From the IMG/VR virus record IMGVR_UViG_3300042691_031247: 64,000 nt of DNA. The stretch is one strand, 5' to 3'. This document shows positions 28,182-37,174 of this stretch, piece by piece; the stretch's first letter is position 1; every line of letters begins with the position of its first letter. The DNA is from a virus (Duplodnaviria; Caudoviricetes). A program made the translations under genes and the position numbers. Under the pieces are notes generated by a model. That model ran no database searches, had not been told where the DNA came from, and worked only from the letters and a program-made list of their open reading frames with translations.

Positions 28182-29525
28182 TCAACGATTCACGAGTTCG
28201 AGAACGTGCTGCTTCATCATGTCCCGCAGCTGGCGCGAACGCTTTGTGCGAGCTTCTTTGACTTGAAACCGACCAGCACGCTTAAAGTTTACAACAGCGC
28301 GACCGATGGCGTCTAAATCTTTAGCAGCAGCCATCTTCGGTTCTTCCATCGGCGGCATACCCGCGTCAGGCGCAGCGCCAGCTTCGGGCGGCATACCGCC
28401 TTCTGCGCCAGCACCACCGGCCCCGGACAGAGCTTGCAGCAACGCTTCCGGCGGAATGCCGAGTTCTTCAAGCGCCATAGCCAGCTCTTGAACAGCCTCG
28501 TCTTCCGACGGCTCGCCGCCGGCAGCTTCAGGAGCCGGGCCACCCTCAGCGCCCATCATGGCTTCAAGACCAGCGGGTGCGCCGCCAGCAGCAGCGTCAT
28601 CAGCCGGGGCGTCGCTCATACCAGAAGCAGCGTCTTCCGGCGCGGAGTGATCCTCGCCTTCAGCCGCCTCTTCGGTCGGATCGGCGGCCGCGGCCTTGGA
28701 GTTTACAAAACCGATAAACAGGTCGGCCATTTCGTCGGCTTCGCGGATCGTGTTAGCGCACACTTCGCGAACGGAAGCTTCGGCAGCAGCCTTGTCCATA
28801 CCGAGATGCGCGGCAAGCTCGTAACCCGCTTTGAACGCGGCAGCTTTGTCGCTGCGAAGCGCGGCAAGATCAGAACCTTCAATCTTGCCATCGTTGTCGG
28901 TGTCGAGTTTGTGCTGGTCGCCTTTTAGCTCGCCGGTCGACTCGCTTTTTTCTTCGGACTTCTCTTCAGTCTTTTTCTTTAAAAAAGCCGGCATCTCGGC
29001 CGCCTTCTCGTTGGTCAGCTTACTGGCGCCAAAGTTGATAAGGTTGGCAAGAATGTCGTTACCAAGTGTGCCGGCACGATCGCGAGCTTCCTTGAACGTA
29101 ACCGAGCTGTACTTCTCGCCGTCGTTAGCCTTGACCGGCGACGAAGTGCCCGGGTCATCCTTATCGCCCTTGAAATCTTTCTCGTTGGACGGATCTTCGC
29201 CAGTGGCCTTGGCCGAGACGCCGATGTTCGTTTGAACTTCGTCTTGGCGACCTTCTTGCGACATCTCCGGTGTGTTGTCTACAGCAAGAGCACCCTGCTG
29301 CTTCTTGACGTCAGCTTCGTACTCGCTGGCGCGCGCACCAGTGCTGGCGTTTTGCACGCCGTTGTCAGCGCTGGTCGTCGGATGCGATGAGGCACCCTGA
29401 TAGCCACCCGGATCAGCGGGCACGGGACCGGCCGACTTTTCAGCCGCAGTCTTAACCGGGCTCTGCGCAATCTCAGCGGCGAGAGCGTTAAGTTGATCGA
29501 ACAGTGAACGTTGCATCCGTGCCAT
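28182..29525 (-). CDS. putative prohead scaffolding/core protein
   Basis: 447 aa; acidic, Ala/Gly/Pro-rich low complexity; directly after the prohead protease. Confidence 0.55.
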   Translation of the reverse strand: MARMQRSLFDQLNALAAEIAQSPVKTAAEKSAGPVPADPGGYQGASSHPTTSADNGVQNASTGARASEYEADVKKQQGALAVDNTPEMSQEGRQDEVQTNIGVSAKATGEDPSNEKDFKGDKDDPGTSSPVKANDGEKYSSVTFKEARDRAGTLGNDILANLINFGASKLTNEKAAEMPAFLKKKTEEKSEEKSESTGELKGDQHKLDTDNDGKIEGSDLAALRSDKAAAFKAGYELAAHLGMDKAAAEASVREVCANTIREADEMADLFIGFVNSKAAAADPTEEAAEGEDHSAPEDAASGMSDAPADDAAAGGAPAGLEAMMGAEGGPAPEAAGGEPSEDEAVQELAMALEELGIPPEALLQALSGAGGAGAEGGMPPEAGAAPDAGMPPMEEPKMAAAKDLDAIGRAVVNFKRAGRFQVKEARTKRSRQLRDMMKQHVLELVNR

Positions 29526-29568
29526 GACTTTCTCCTTTGGGGTCTAACCGTTACCGATTAGCTTCCGT

Positions 29569-31026
29569 TCATGTGACATAATTTTGCATTACACAGTGGT
29601 TTGCTGTCAACCAATTGTTTCCATATTTCTCGCAGATGGCGGCGTAAGCAGCGATCTTATACAACGCGTAATGTTGCGCAAGAGCTGTTTCTGCTTTTCC
29701 ACTCGCTTGCTTGTCGGACGGAAACTCAACTGCCCGGGCGTTACGAAGCGCGGCTAAGTAAGCACGCTTCTCAACACTGACGGGTAATACGCTATGTGTG
29801 TGTGCTACCTTTTCAGCCCACACGCGCACGTTTTGCGGCGCCGCGTCAGCTGGAAAGTATACGTTATTCTCAAGCAACGTGACGACATCTGCGTCGTTCG
29901 CTAACTTTGAAAACACGTTAGGCAGCGCATACGCAACTGCACTAACAAGTGTGGCGTTAGCTGACTTAACTGTCAACGCTAAAAAATCTCGCAGCGGCAA
30001 GATTACTCCAGCGTCGGCTAGTCCGCGTAACACCTCAGACATTTTAACAGAAGGAGCGTTATTTGCATCAATAGCCGGTTGTACTTCGCCGGCGCTGGCA
30101 AGTGCTGTCTGCGCCCAGTTACCACCCGCGCCTGCATCCTTCTCCGCCTGCGCAAGCTGTGTTAACGCCTCTAGCTGCAGCTGAACACGGGCGGCAGGTG
30201 TGCGCCCTAAGTCGAACCCAAGCGGCGCGGTAATACCCAGCTGTTCGGCTAGTTCGGCGCCGGAAACACAGCTATTTGACGCGGCTTTCTGCAGCTGGCC
30301 GGATACGTAAGCAATGCGGTCTGCCGGGCGAAACACGTGGCTGATATCAAAAAACGTCGGGTTGGGGTTGTCGGCGTGGAGTACGTGGCCGTCTTCCAGT
30401 ACCCGCCCCATATTGTGCTTTAACCCGCCCGCCTTGCAGTGGCCGCCGTTTTCTACAGAGTCGCAGTACTCGGCGCGGGTCTTGGCCGTGTTACCGCAGG
30501 ACGAGCACTTGTCGAACGGGATCTTACATGCCATCGACACGGCGATCTCTTTGTCGTTGGCCAGCTTTTCCAGCTCTTTGTCTGCAATCAGGCCGCCGTT
30601 CCGGTCAGCCGCCTCTTTCGAGCCGTTTAGCGCCACGACCAGCTCGATACGTTTCATGGGCTCGTGGTAGGCGCTGGCCTTTACGATGCCGAAACTTTTA
30701 GCGGGGTTCTTGTTGGCGTGGTCGCGATAGAAGCGGGCAAACTTCTCGAACGTCTGATGGTAGTTCCGACAGCAGTCGCGAGTAAAGCCGTCGCCGTTAC
30801 GGTTCGGGCCGTAATCTTCTGTGGCGCCGATCGCGATCATGTGAACCGGCACTTCGTCTTTGGCAAACTTGATATTTTCAAGCTTGTGTGCAAACTCGGC
30901 ACCGGCGCGCTTTACAAGTTCCTGCTTGTCTACGCCGATGATCCCGCGGCTAGATACTTTGATAAGCGCAGCGACTGGCTCACTAAAGTCTTGAGCGTGC
31001 GGCTGGATGACCTTAATCATGCTCAT
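29569..31026 (-). CDS. prohead maturation serine protease
   Basis: PNRNGDGF, YRDHAN (His), AVSMACK (Ser), a Cys-rich insert (CSSC...YC...HC) and FFDISHVFRPADRIA, consistent with HK97/herpes-type prohead proteases. Confidence 0.75.
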   Translation of the reverse strand: MSMIKVIQPHAQDFSEPVAALIKVSSRGIIGVDKQELVKRAGAEFAHKLENIKFAKDEVPVHMIAIGATEDYGPNRNGDGFTRDCCRNYHQTFEKFARFYRDHANKNPAKSFGIVKASAYHEPMKRIELVVALNGSKEAADRNGGLIADKELEKLANDKEIAVSMACKIPFDKCSSCGNTAKTRAEYCDSVENGGHCKAGGLKHNMGRVLEDGHVLHADNPNPTFFDISHVFRPADRIAYVSGQLQKAASNSCVSGAELAEQLGITAPLGFDLGRTPAARVQLQLEALTQLAQAEKDAGAGGNWAQTALASAGEVQPAIDANNAPSVKMSEVLRGLADAGVILPLRDFLALTVKSANATLVSAVAYALPNVFSKLANDADVVTLLENNVYFPADAAPQNVRVWAEKVAHTHSVLPVSVEKRAYLAALRNARAVEFPSDKQASGKAETALAQHYALYKIAAYAAICEKYGNNWLTANHCVMQNYVT

Positions 31027-31028
31027 GT

Positions 31029-32012
31029 TTACTCTCCCGCGGACGAGCCGCCCAAGCTGTTAAGAAGCGCCGGGACGCTAAGTGCGCCAAGGACCGGAAG
31101 ACCAATACCAGCCATCCGTCCGCCAAAACGCGGTAACCGACGCAGCGCCTGTTGCAGCTGCGCGCCAGTCAAACGGCGGCCAGCCTTACCAACACCAGAC
31201 GCCGGCTCTGACGCAACTGCGGCAAGGACGTTAGCTGTGTCGTCAGCGCCGTGGCCAAATAAGCCGCCTAAGAAGTTACCGCGCGCGGCGTTCGTCGCGC
31301 CGCGTACACGCGGGCCGACCGATGACGGCGTCGTCATACCAGCAGATTCAAGCGGCAGGCTAACGTCACGCGGCACGTAATCCGCGCCGCGGAGTCGGCG
31401 GATGCTGTTGAGCATTTGCTGTGTGAACGACGGGTCGTGTGTGGCGTCGGGAAGGCCGCGTACATGCTTTGTGAGGTTTTCTGTAACACGTGACGGACCG
31501 GTATTTGCGCGCAGCTGTTCGATAGTGGGGCGAAGTTGCTTGGCGACGTCGTCACCGGACGCAAGAAACCGATCCATCTTGCCGTACGCGTCAATGGAGT
31601 TTGCTATTTGCCGCCCGCCGTAGCCGCCGACGCCAGCGCCCGCCAGATTAAGCAACGCGCCGCCAGAAGAGCCATCTTGGCCTTTTGCGGCAGCGATGGC
31701 GGGCGGCGGGTCAGTCTTGGTCAGCAGCATGTTCTTAGCCGCTGTCGCGCCAAGGCCGCCGATGCCGCCCATCAGCGCATAGTCGAGCATGGCGCGCCGT
31801 TTCTTTTTCCCCTGCAGCGCGCCGATTAAACCACCGGCGCCGGCACCGAGGGCGGCGTTCTGCAGATACGGGTTGCTCAGGATCTGAGACAGGTCAGCTT
31901 GCTTGCCGAGTGCCGCAGTTACTGTGGCTACTTTTTCAATTGCCGGATCGGGCGTGCGTGTAGCAATCGCCGACAAACCGCGGGCAAGCTCTTGTACGTC
32001 TGTTGTTTTCAT
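31029..32012 (-). CDS. glycine-zipper membrane-type protein, putative internal virion/ejection protein
   Basis: 327 aa with several GxxxG hydrophobic segments flanked by basic residues. Confidence 0.55.
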   Translation of the reverse strand: MKTTDVQELARGLSAIATRTPDPAIEKVATVTAALGKQADLSQILSNPYLQNAALGAGAGGLIGALQGKKKRRAMLDYALMGGIGGLGATAAKNMLLTKTDPPPAIAAAKGQDGSSGGALLNLAGAGVGGYGGRQIANSIDAYGKMDRFLASGDDVAKQLRPTIEQLRANTGPSRVTENLTKHVRGLPDATHDPSFTQQMLNSIRRLRGADYVPRDVSLPLESAGMTTPSSVGPRVRGATNAARGNFLGGLFGHGADDTANVLAAVASEPASGVGKAGRRLTGAQLQQALRRLPRFGGRMAGIGLPVLGALSVPALLNSLGGSSAGE

Positions 32013-32014
32013 AA

Positions 32015-33388
32015 TTACAGTAACTCGCGGGCCTTCTGCTGCGCTTCGAGATTACTCTTCAAACTCTCAGCGCGGATCTTCTCCATTTCAATCAGCTGTT
32101 TGATATCAAAATCAGCGAGCTGACCGGCCTCTAGCCGTTTGCGCAAAAGAGCCTGCATAGCTGCACCTGAACCAGTAAAGTTAGGAGCAATTTCGGCAAT
32201 TTGGTTGTACGCGGAAGCTACCTCGTGCGGGTCATAACCGGAGATAACCGGATCGTTCAGGATAAGGTCGTTTAGTACGCCGCGCGATTTGATTTGCTGC
32301 AGTTTGTTTTCGTGCTCGGCGTCGGACATCTGCGCAAACGCTTTTTGCTTTTGTTTGGTCGGGTCGGTCGATTTCCCGGCGTTGGCGTCCATTTCCGCTG
32401 CAAAACCAGACGGGCTCATGATCTTACCGAGATAACCCATCGTTCCGCTGTATGATGTCAGCGGGGGTGTTGTATCTGGTTTTTTTTTAACGGCTGCCAC
32501 CTTAAGGGCGAGCGGGGCCGTTCTCGGATCGTGCAGAATTGAGCCCGTAACGGGGGTCGGCGTCACTTTCTGCGCCACGGCGGGCTGCGTTAACGCCGCG
32601 AGCTTGCTCGCTGCATTGTTGTGCAACTCCACCGCTTTGATCACGTTCTCGACCAGCGTTACCACCGGAAGCGCGCCGAAAAAGTTTTCGCTGCTAGCGG
32701 CCTGCTTTGTGAAGTGCGGGTAAACAGCCGCAACCTTGTTTAGCGTCGAAACACCGAGGTCGCCGAGCCGCAGACCAACTTCGCGCAGCGCGTCCGGGAA
32801 CGCCATGTTGCCGGGTACACGAAAATACTGCGCCAACTCTTCCATAGCTGACGCCGCTTTGTGATGCGTCAGTGTGGCTAGCCGGCGGACTTCGTCGGCG
32901 TGGCGGGCGGCGGCCTGTTTTTCGCTATAGGCGCGTCGCGCGGCGGAGTGCTCGTCACGCGGCGGCGGTACATATGTGGGCGCCGGGAGCACGCTCTTGG
33001 CGGCGGCTGCTTTATTCAAGCTCGCGTTGCGCCGATTAATGAAACCTGTCGGCGCAACAGCGTACTCTGTCGAGATGATGCTGTTGTTTGTTAACTCAGC
33101 CGATGTTTTAACGTGCTTGGGATATAGCGCGTCCATAACCACGTTTACGTCGGCAAGCTGGAAGTCTGCCGCTTTCTCTAACGTGTTTGCGCCAAGTTCG
33201 CGTTGCTTGTTGGTGCGTCCAGTGTTGTACGCATGCACCATAAGATTAATATGCCCGGACGGGATGCCCGCATCACTCGCGCTTTTAATAATCGCGTTGT
33301 TCGGGGTGGCGCCTTCGTTGACCAACGTGGCCGCACGCTCAATTGCGCTCAGCAATTTTTGCTCAGCTTCTTTACTTAATGCCCGCAT
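32015..33388 (-). CDS. hypothetical head-region protein
   Basis: 457 aa, helical, at least seven K-x-A-[AS]-like motifs. Confidence 0.7.
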   Translation of the reverse strand: MRALSKEAEQKLLSAIERAATLVNEGATPNNAIIKSASDAGIPSGHINLMVHAYNTGRTNKQRELGANTLEKAADFQLADVNVVMDALYPKHVKTSAELTNNSIISTEYAVAPTGFINRRNASLNKAAAAKSVLPAPTYVPPPRDEHSAARRAYSEKQAAARHADEVRRLATLTHHKAASAMEELAQYFRVPGNMAFPDALREVGLRLGDLGVSTLNKVAAVYPHFTKQAASSENFFGALPVVTLVENVIKAVELHNNAASKLAALTQPAVAQKVTPTPVTGSILHDPRTAPLALKVAAVKKKPDTTPPLTSYSGTMGYLGKIMSPSGFAAEMDANAGKSTDPTKQKQKAFAQMSDAEHENKLQQIKSRGVLNDLILNDPVISGYDPHEVASAYNQIAEIAPNFTGSGAAMQALLRKRLEAGQLADFDIKQLIEMEKIRAESLKSNLEAQQKARELL

Positions 33389-34319
33389 CGGTTTTCTCCG
33401 GGTAGTGCAGTTCTTGGATCAGACCTTGATTCTGTAAAGAACCGCCAGCCGCAATAATCATCATTTCATCGTTGCGTAATTCTGCAGCGCCGTCATCAAA
33501 GGGTAACATTTTTATAGCTGCGGAATCCAGTTTAGTCCCCACTTTGAACGGCAGCGTGGCCAGCATCGCGCCAATATTCTCGACGATTGTGGCCTGCGAT
33601 TTCGTGGCGTTGTCGCTGTTTTTCTCGATCTCTACATATTTTACAAAAGAATCGATCAGCGGTAACTGGGTATGGCTATTTACCGGCACCGTGAGGCTGG
33701 CAATCGCGGCCTTGTACTTCATCGAGTGAATAGCGAAGTCTTGGAAAAACGCCGAAACACCCCCCGCGCCATCCGGTTTGGGAATCTCTAGACAACGATT
33801 AATTGCGGCGTCCAGTACGTATTGCCCGCCGCGAAAACCAAGTAGTTTCCACAGAAGGTCGTAGTGGCGCTCTTGGAGCCCGCGGGTCACAGCGTCAGCC
33901 ATCACAACGTTTACGATATAGTCGGTGTTGGGCAGCTTATTCCGAACGTCAAAAAAGGTATTGGCATACGCCTCAATTGTTTCGACTTCGGTGCCCAGTT
34001 TGTCGGCGATTTCTTGATCTGACTCGCCAGCCAGAATGCGCGCTTCAATAGCCCAGCGCGTCGGTTGCTTATCGGCGGCCCAGAGCGAGTGGGCCCAGAA
34101 CATCGCGCCGTCCCGCAGCATGGCGCCGTACGTGGCTGTTGGGTCGTTGTTAGCTTGCTCGAAGTGCCGCTTGAGCCGCAGTGCCCGCCTGATCCACACA
34201 AAGCCTTCTGGGCCGTCTAACGCGCGGGACGCATTTCGACCGCCGCTGTCGATTTGGACAGCCCGCAGCCAACGCCAGTTTGGCGGGCGCAACGGGTTGG
34301 TGCGGAACGCATTTAACAT
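33372..34319 (-). CDS. hypothetical protein
   Basis: 315-aa ORF overlapping both neighbours. Confidence 0.7.
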   Translation of the reverse strand: MLNAFRTNPLRPPNWRWLRAVQIDSGGRNASRALDGPEGFVWIRRALRLKRHFEQANNDPTATYGAMLRDGAMFWAHSLWAADKQPTRWAIEARILAGESDQEIADKLGTEVETIEAYANTFFDVRNKLPNTDYIVNVVMADAVTRGLQERHYDLLWKLLGFRGGQYVLDAAINRCLEIPKPDGAGGVSAFFQDFAIHSMKYKAAIASLTVPVNSHTQLPLIDSFVKYVEIEKNSDNATKSQATIVENIGAMLATLPFKVGTKLDSAAIKMLPFDDGAAELRNDEMMIIAAGGSLQNQGLIQELHYPEKTDAGIK

Positions 34320-34702
34320 TAGCGCAACGTCGGCGTATCGACGGTAACAGAAAAGACCAGCGTCTTGTTGGCCGACGGCGTGATCTTGAGATAAAGATAT
34401 CTTTGCGGGTTTGACGGCGAACCGTCGCGATTAAGATACGACACGTTTAAGTCGTTTTTAAACGCGGTTGTCTGATCAAACGCCAGCACTTTAAACGTGT
34501 CTGCAGGCAGCGTGTTATTTGGCGCTTTGTCCTGTTTGCTTGAGTACAGGGTCGCCGTAAAGTTACCAGTCGCGCCGCCAGCGGCTTCAGCAAGGCTGTA
34601 GCCCTTTAAAACGCCGCGGTGCGGCATGGGAACGGCGACCGTAGTCGCTTCGCCGCTGTTGGCTGTAAACGTGACGCTACCGGACCATACTGTGCTGGGC
34701 AT
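34319..34702 (-). CDS. hypothetical beta-rich protein
   Basis: 127-aa ORF, TAATG-coupled to the next gene. Confidence 0.65.
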   Translation of the reverse strand: MPSTVWSGSVTFTANSGEATTVAVPMPHRGVLKGYSLAEAAGGATGNFTATLYSSKQDKAPNNTLPADTFKVLAFDQTTAFKNDLNVSYLNRDGSPSNPQRYLYLKITPSANKTLVFSVTVDTPTLR

Positions 34703-34711
34703 ATTTCACCT

Positions 34712-37093
34712 TTACGCGTTAGCGATGGCGCCAAGATCAATATCCTGCGCGGCTTCTTCGGGATACGGCTCGATGGTCTTTTGCTTGAGGAACAGAATGA
34801 CGTCGCCAAGCATTTCAAATGCGTTGCGCAGCGAGTCTTCCAGTTCCGGCATGTCGGCTTTACCGTAACGTTCGGCAAACCGGTCACCGTGCCAGTAGAA
34901 CATGAACAGGATGCGGCCCAACTTGTCGAGGCCCTTGGTTAGTTCGCCCATGTACCGGTCGACGAGCGAGTCGTCGCGCACGGCGCGCAGCATGGCGCCC
35001 ACCATCGCGGTGTCGAACACTTCGCGCTGGCCGCTTTGCGCGGCGTCGATCACGGAGCGCACGTCCCGCTGGTCGAGGAGCGTGTTCGGGTTGTAAACGC
35101 TGCGGTCGGTTTGACTGGCACTCATACCCGGTACTTGCACCGCGGTATCAATGCCGAGCTGCGTTGGGATACTTGTACCCATGATACTCTCACCGCCCAT
35201 CACGGGGCCCGGATCGGTCGGAGCGGAGGGTGCGCCGTTGATCATCATCGGGCCGCCGTACGGATCAGCATACTTAACGCGGCACTCAAACTTGCGCTTG
35301 GCGGCCGCTTGTTTCAGGATCTCGCGAGCAGCTTGCTCGCGCAGACCGTGGTGCTCCACCAGCGTAACGAGCGCCTTGATGGGGCTCAGGTTAGCCTCTT
35401 TGTTAATCGTTACCGACGAGCCGTTGTGATAAACAGTCAGAGCAGCGGTCTTTTGCATGAGCGCCAACTGGGCGTCAACAAGGTTGCCGGGCATCAGGGC
35501 CGGCGGATCACTCTCACCACAACCACATGCGCCCTGATCTTCCGCGATCTCGTCATCATCTTCGCCTTTGCTCACCTTGAGCAGCTTGAAACCTTCCGGC
35601 ACAAAGATGTCGCCCATGCTCGCGCGCAGGCTGGCACCTTTCTTACCGTTGAGGTGAATACGGACACCGTCGCGCCACTTGTCGTAGTTCAGCGGGTCGG
35701 TATAGCAGCTGCCGCAAATGCTGCCCTTGGGCGGATACTTCGAGTGATCCTCAAGGTGCACTTCATAAACAGTGCTGCCGTTGCTGTCGCCGTATTCTTT
35801 GATCACGCGGAACGGCGCTGTTGTGTCGCCGCGCTTGCTGAGCGCAATGTAGCGGGCGTCTTTACTCGGGACGCTGTTGGCTTCCGGCAGGCCGTTAAAC
35901 CACGTATCAAACTCTTCGCCCTCGATCCGGGCCAGCGCAAAGACTTGGTCGGCGCGTGTATTGAGCCAGTTGCGCGCACCGTCAACGCGCACGACCGTGA
36001 TGAAGTTTTCACGCTTAGCGGCGCCTTGCGGATGTACAGCCACGTAGCAGCGCTCAATGTTGCCCGGCTTGACCAAAATTTCATACAAACCGCTTTCGGT
36101 CGGATTGAACAGCTTCTTTTCGACCTGAATGTGATACGGGATCGAGACGTTGTCGCGGTCACGCTCGTCTTGAATCAGCACGCCGTCGCGCAGCAGCTTT
36201 TCTTGATCGTCTTCGCTGTAACCAACGGGCGCCTTGGTCTGCACCGTGACGTCGTATGTGATAATTGTCAGGCCCTTAGCGGCGGCCGGCTCTTTGGGAG
36301 CCTCAGACAGCACACTGGCAATCTTTGTGTTTGCGGCAACTTCGCGCGCAGAGGCTTCAGCAATAGCCTGCTTGACGATATCTAAACCGTGAAACTCGTC
36401 GACGGCGGCGGCTAGTTGCGGCGCGTGTTTGCACGTGTTAATAAGCGTGCCAATCACTTCGCGCCCGGCCTGCTTCAAAAACGTCTGCAGGTCTAGCGCT
36501 TCGCCCATCTCCTTAAACGCCTGCGCTGTGTTTAACGTAGCGCTCTTGGCGAGAGCCGGCATCGCAGCCGTCATCATCTCTTTGAGTGTGGGCTGCGCAG
36601 AGCCAAACTTAGCCGGGCTGCGCGAAAGCTGCGTAAAGTCGGGCTGACGTTGGCCCATGCCCGACAGGTTGCGCTGTACGCCGCTACCCAGAATGTTGGG
36701 CTTGCGGTTGATCAGGTAGTTAATCCAGTTTTCCTTAAGCGGTACGAACATGTCCTGATTTTTGATATACAGGAGTTCGTGGCCTTTGAGGTCGCCGTTG
36801 AGGAAGAACACCGGCGCATACAGCCAGTTAGAGCCGACCTTGAACGCAAAAACACCAACCGCCTTGGTGTTTTCCCGGTTGCGGTCGAGCAGCTGGAAAC
36901 CAATTTCGTGGTCGAGTAGCTTGGGCGCTGAATCGCGCAGGTAGGCGTGAGCCAGATTGCTGAACGACTGCTCGAAGGAGGTGTCGTCGCCTTTACCGCC
37001 TAAATCGGCGTACTTGGTCTGGGTGCGGTCATACGACTGCATCACCTTCAGCCAATGCTTAACAGACGACTCTTTCGCTTTTTTGTTATACAC
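34712..37093 (-). CDS. large hypothetical head-region protein
   Basis: Start reassigned to GTG at 37093 (CATGGAGG SD); ~793 aa; multiple K-x-A motifs; no family recognised. Confidence 0.7.
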   Translation of the reverse strand: MYNKKAKESSVKHWLKVMQSYDRTQTKYADLGGKGDDTSFEQSFSNLAHAYLRDSAPKLLDHEIGFQLLDRNRENTKAVGVFAFKVGSNWLYAPVFFLNGDLKGHELLYIKNQDMFVPLKENWINYLINRKPNILGSGVQRNLSGMGQRQPDFTQLSRSPAKFGSAQPTLKEMMTAAMPALAKSATLNTAQAFKEMGEALDLQTFLKQAGREVIGTLINTCKHAPQLAAAVDEFHGLDIVKQAIAEASAREVAANTKIASVLSEAPKEPAAAKGLTIITYDVTVQTKAPVGYSEDDQEKLLRDGVLIQDERDRDNVSIPYHIQVEKKLFNPTESGLYEILVKPGNIERCYVAVHPQGAAKRENFITVVRVDGARNWLNTRADQVFALARIEGEEFDTWFNGLPEANSVPSKDARYIALSKRGDTTAPFRVIKEYGDSNGSTVYEVHLEDHSKYPPKGSICGSCYTDPLNYDKWRDGVRIHLNGKKGASLRASMGDIFVPEGFKLLKVSKGEDDDEIAEDQGACGCGESDPPALMPGNLVDAQLALMQKTAALTVYHNGSSVTINKEANLSPIKALVTLVEHHGLREQAAREILKQAAAKRKFECRVKYADPYGGPMMINGAPSAPTDPGPVMGGESIMGTSIPTQLGIDTAVQVPGMSASQTDRSVYNPNTLLDQRDVRSVIDAAQSGQREVFDTAMVGAMLRAVRDDSLVDRYMGELTKGLDKLGRILFMFYWHGDRFAERYGKADMPELEDSLRNAFEMLGDVILFLKQKTIEPYPEEAAQDIDLGAIANA

Positions 37094-37174
37094 GGCCAGC
37101 CTCCATGCTGCGCTCAAAATTAGACACAGTATTAATTTACTGCGTCGAAGTCTCTATATCCTACAAAAACAGGC

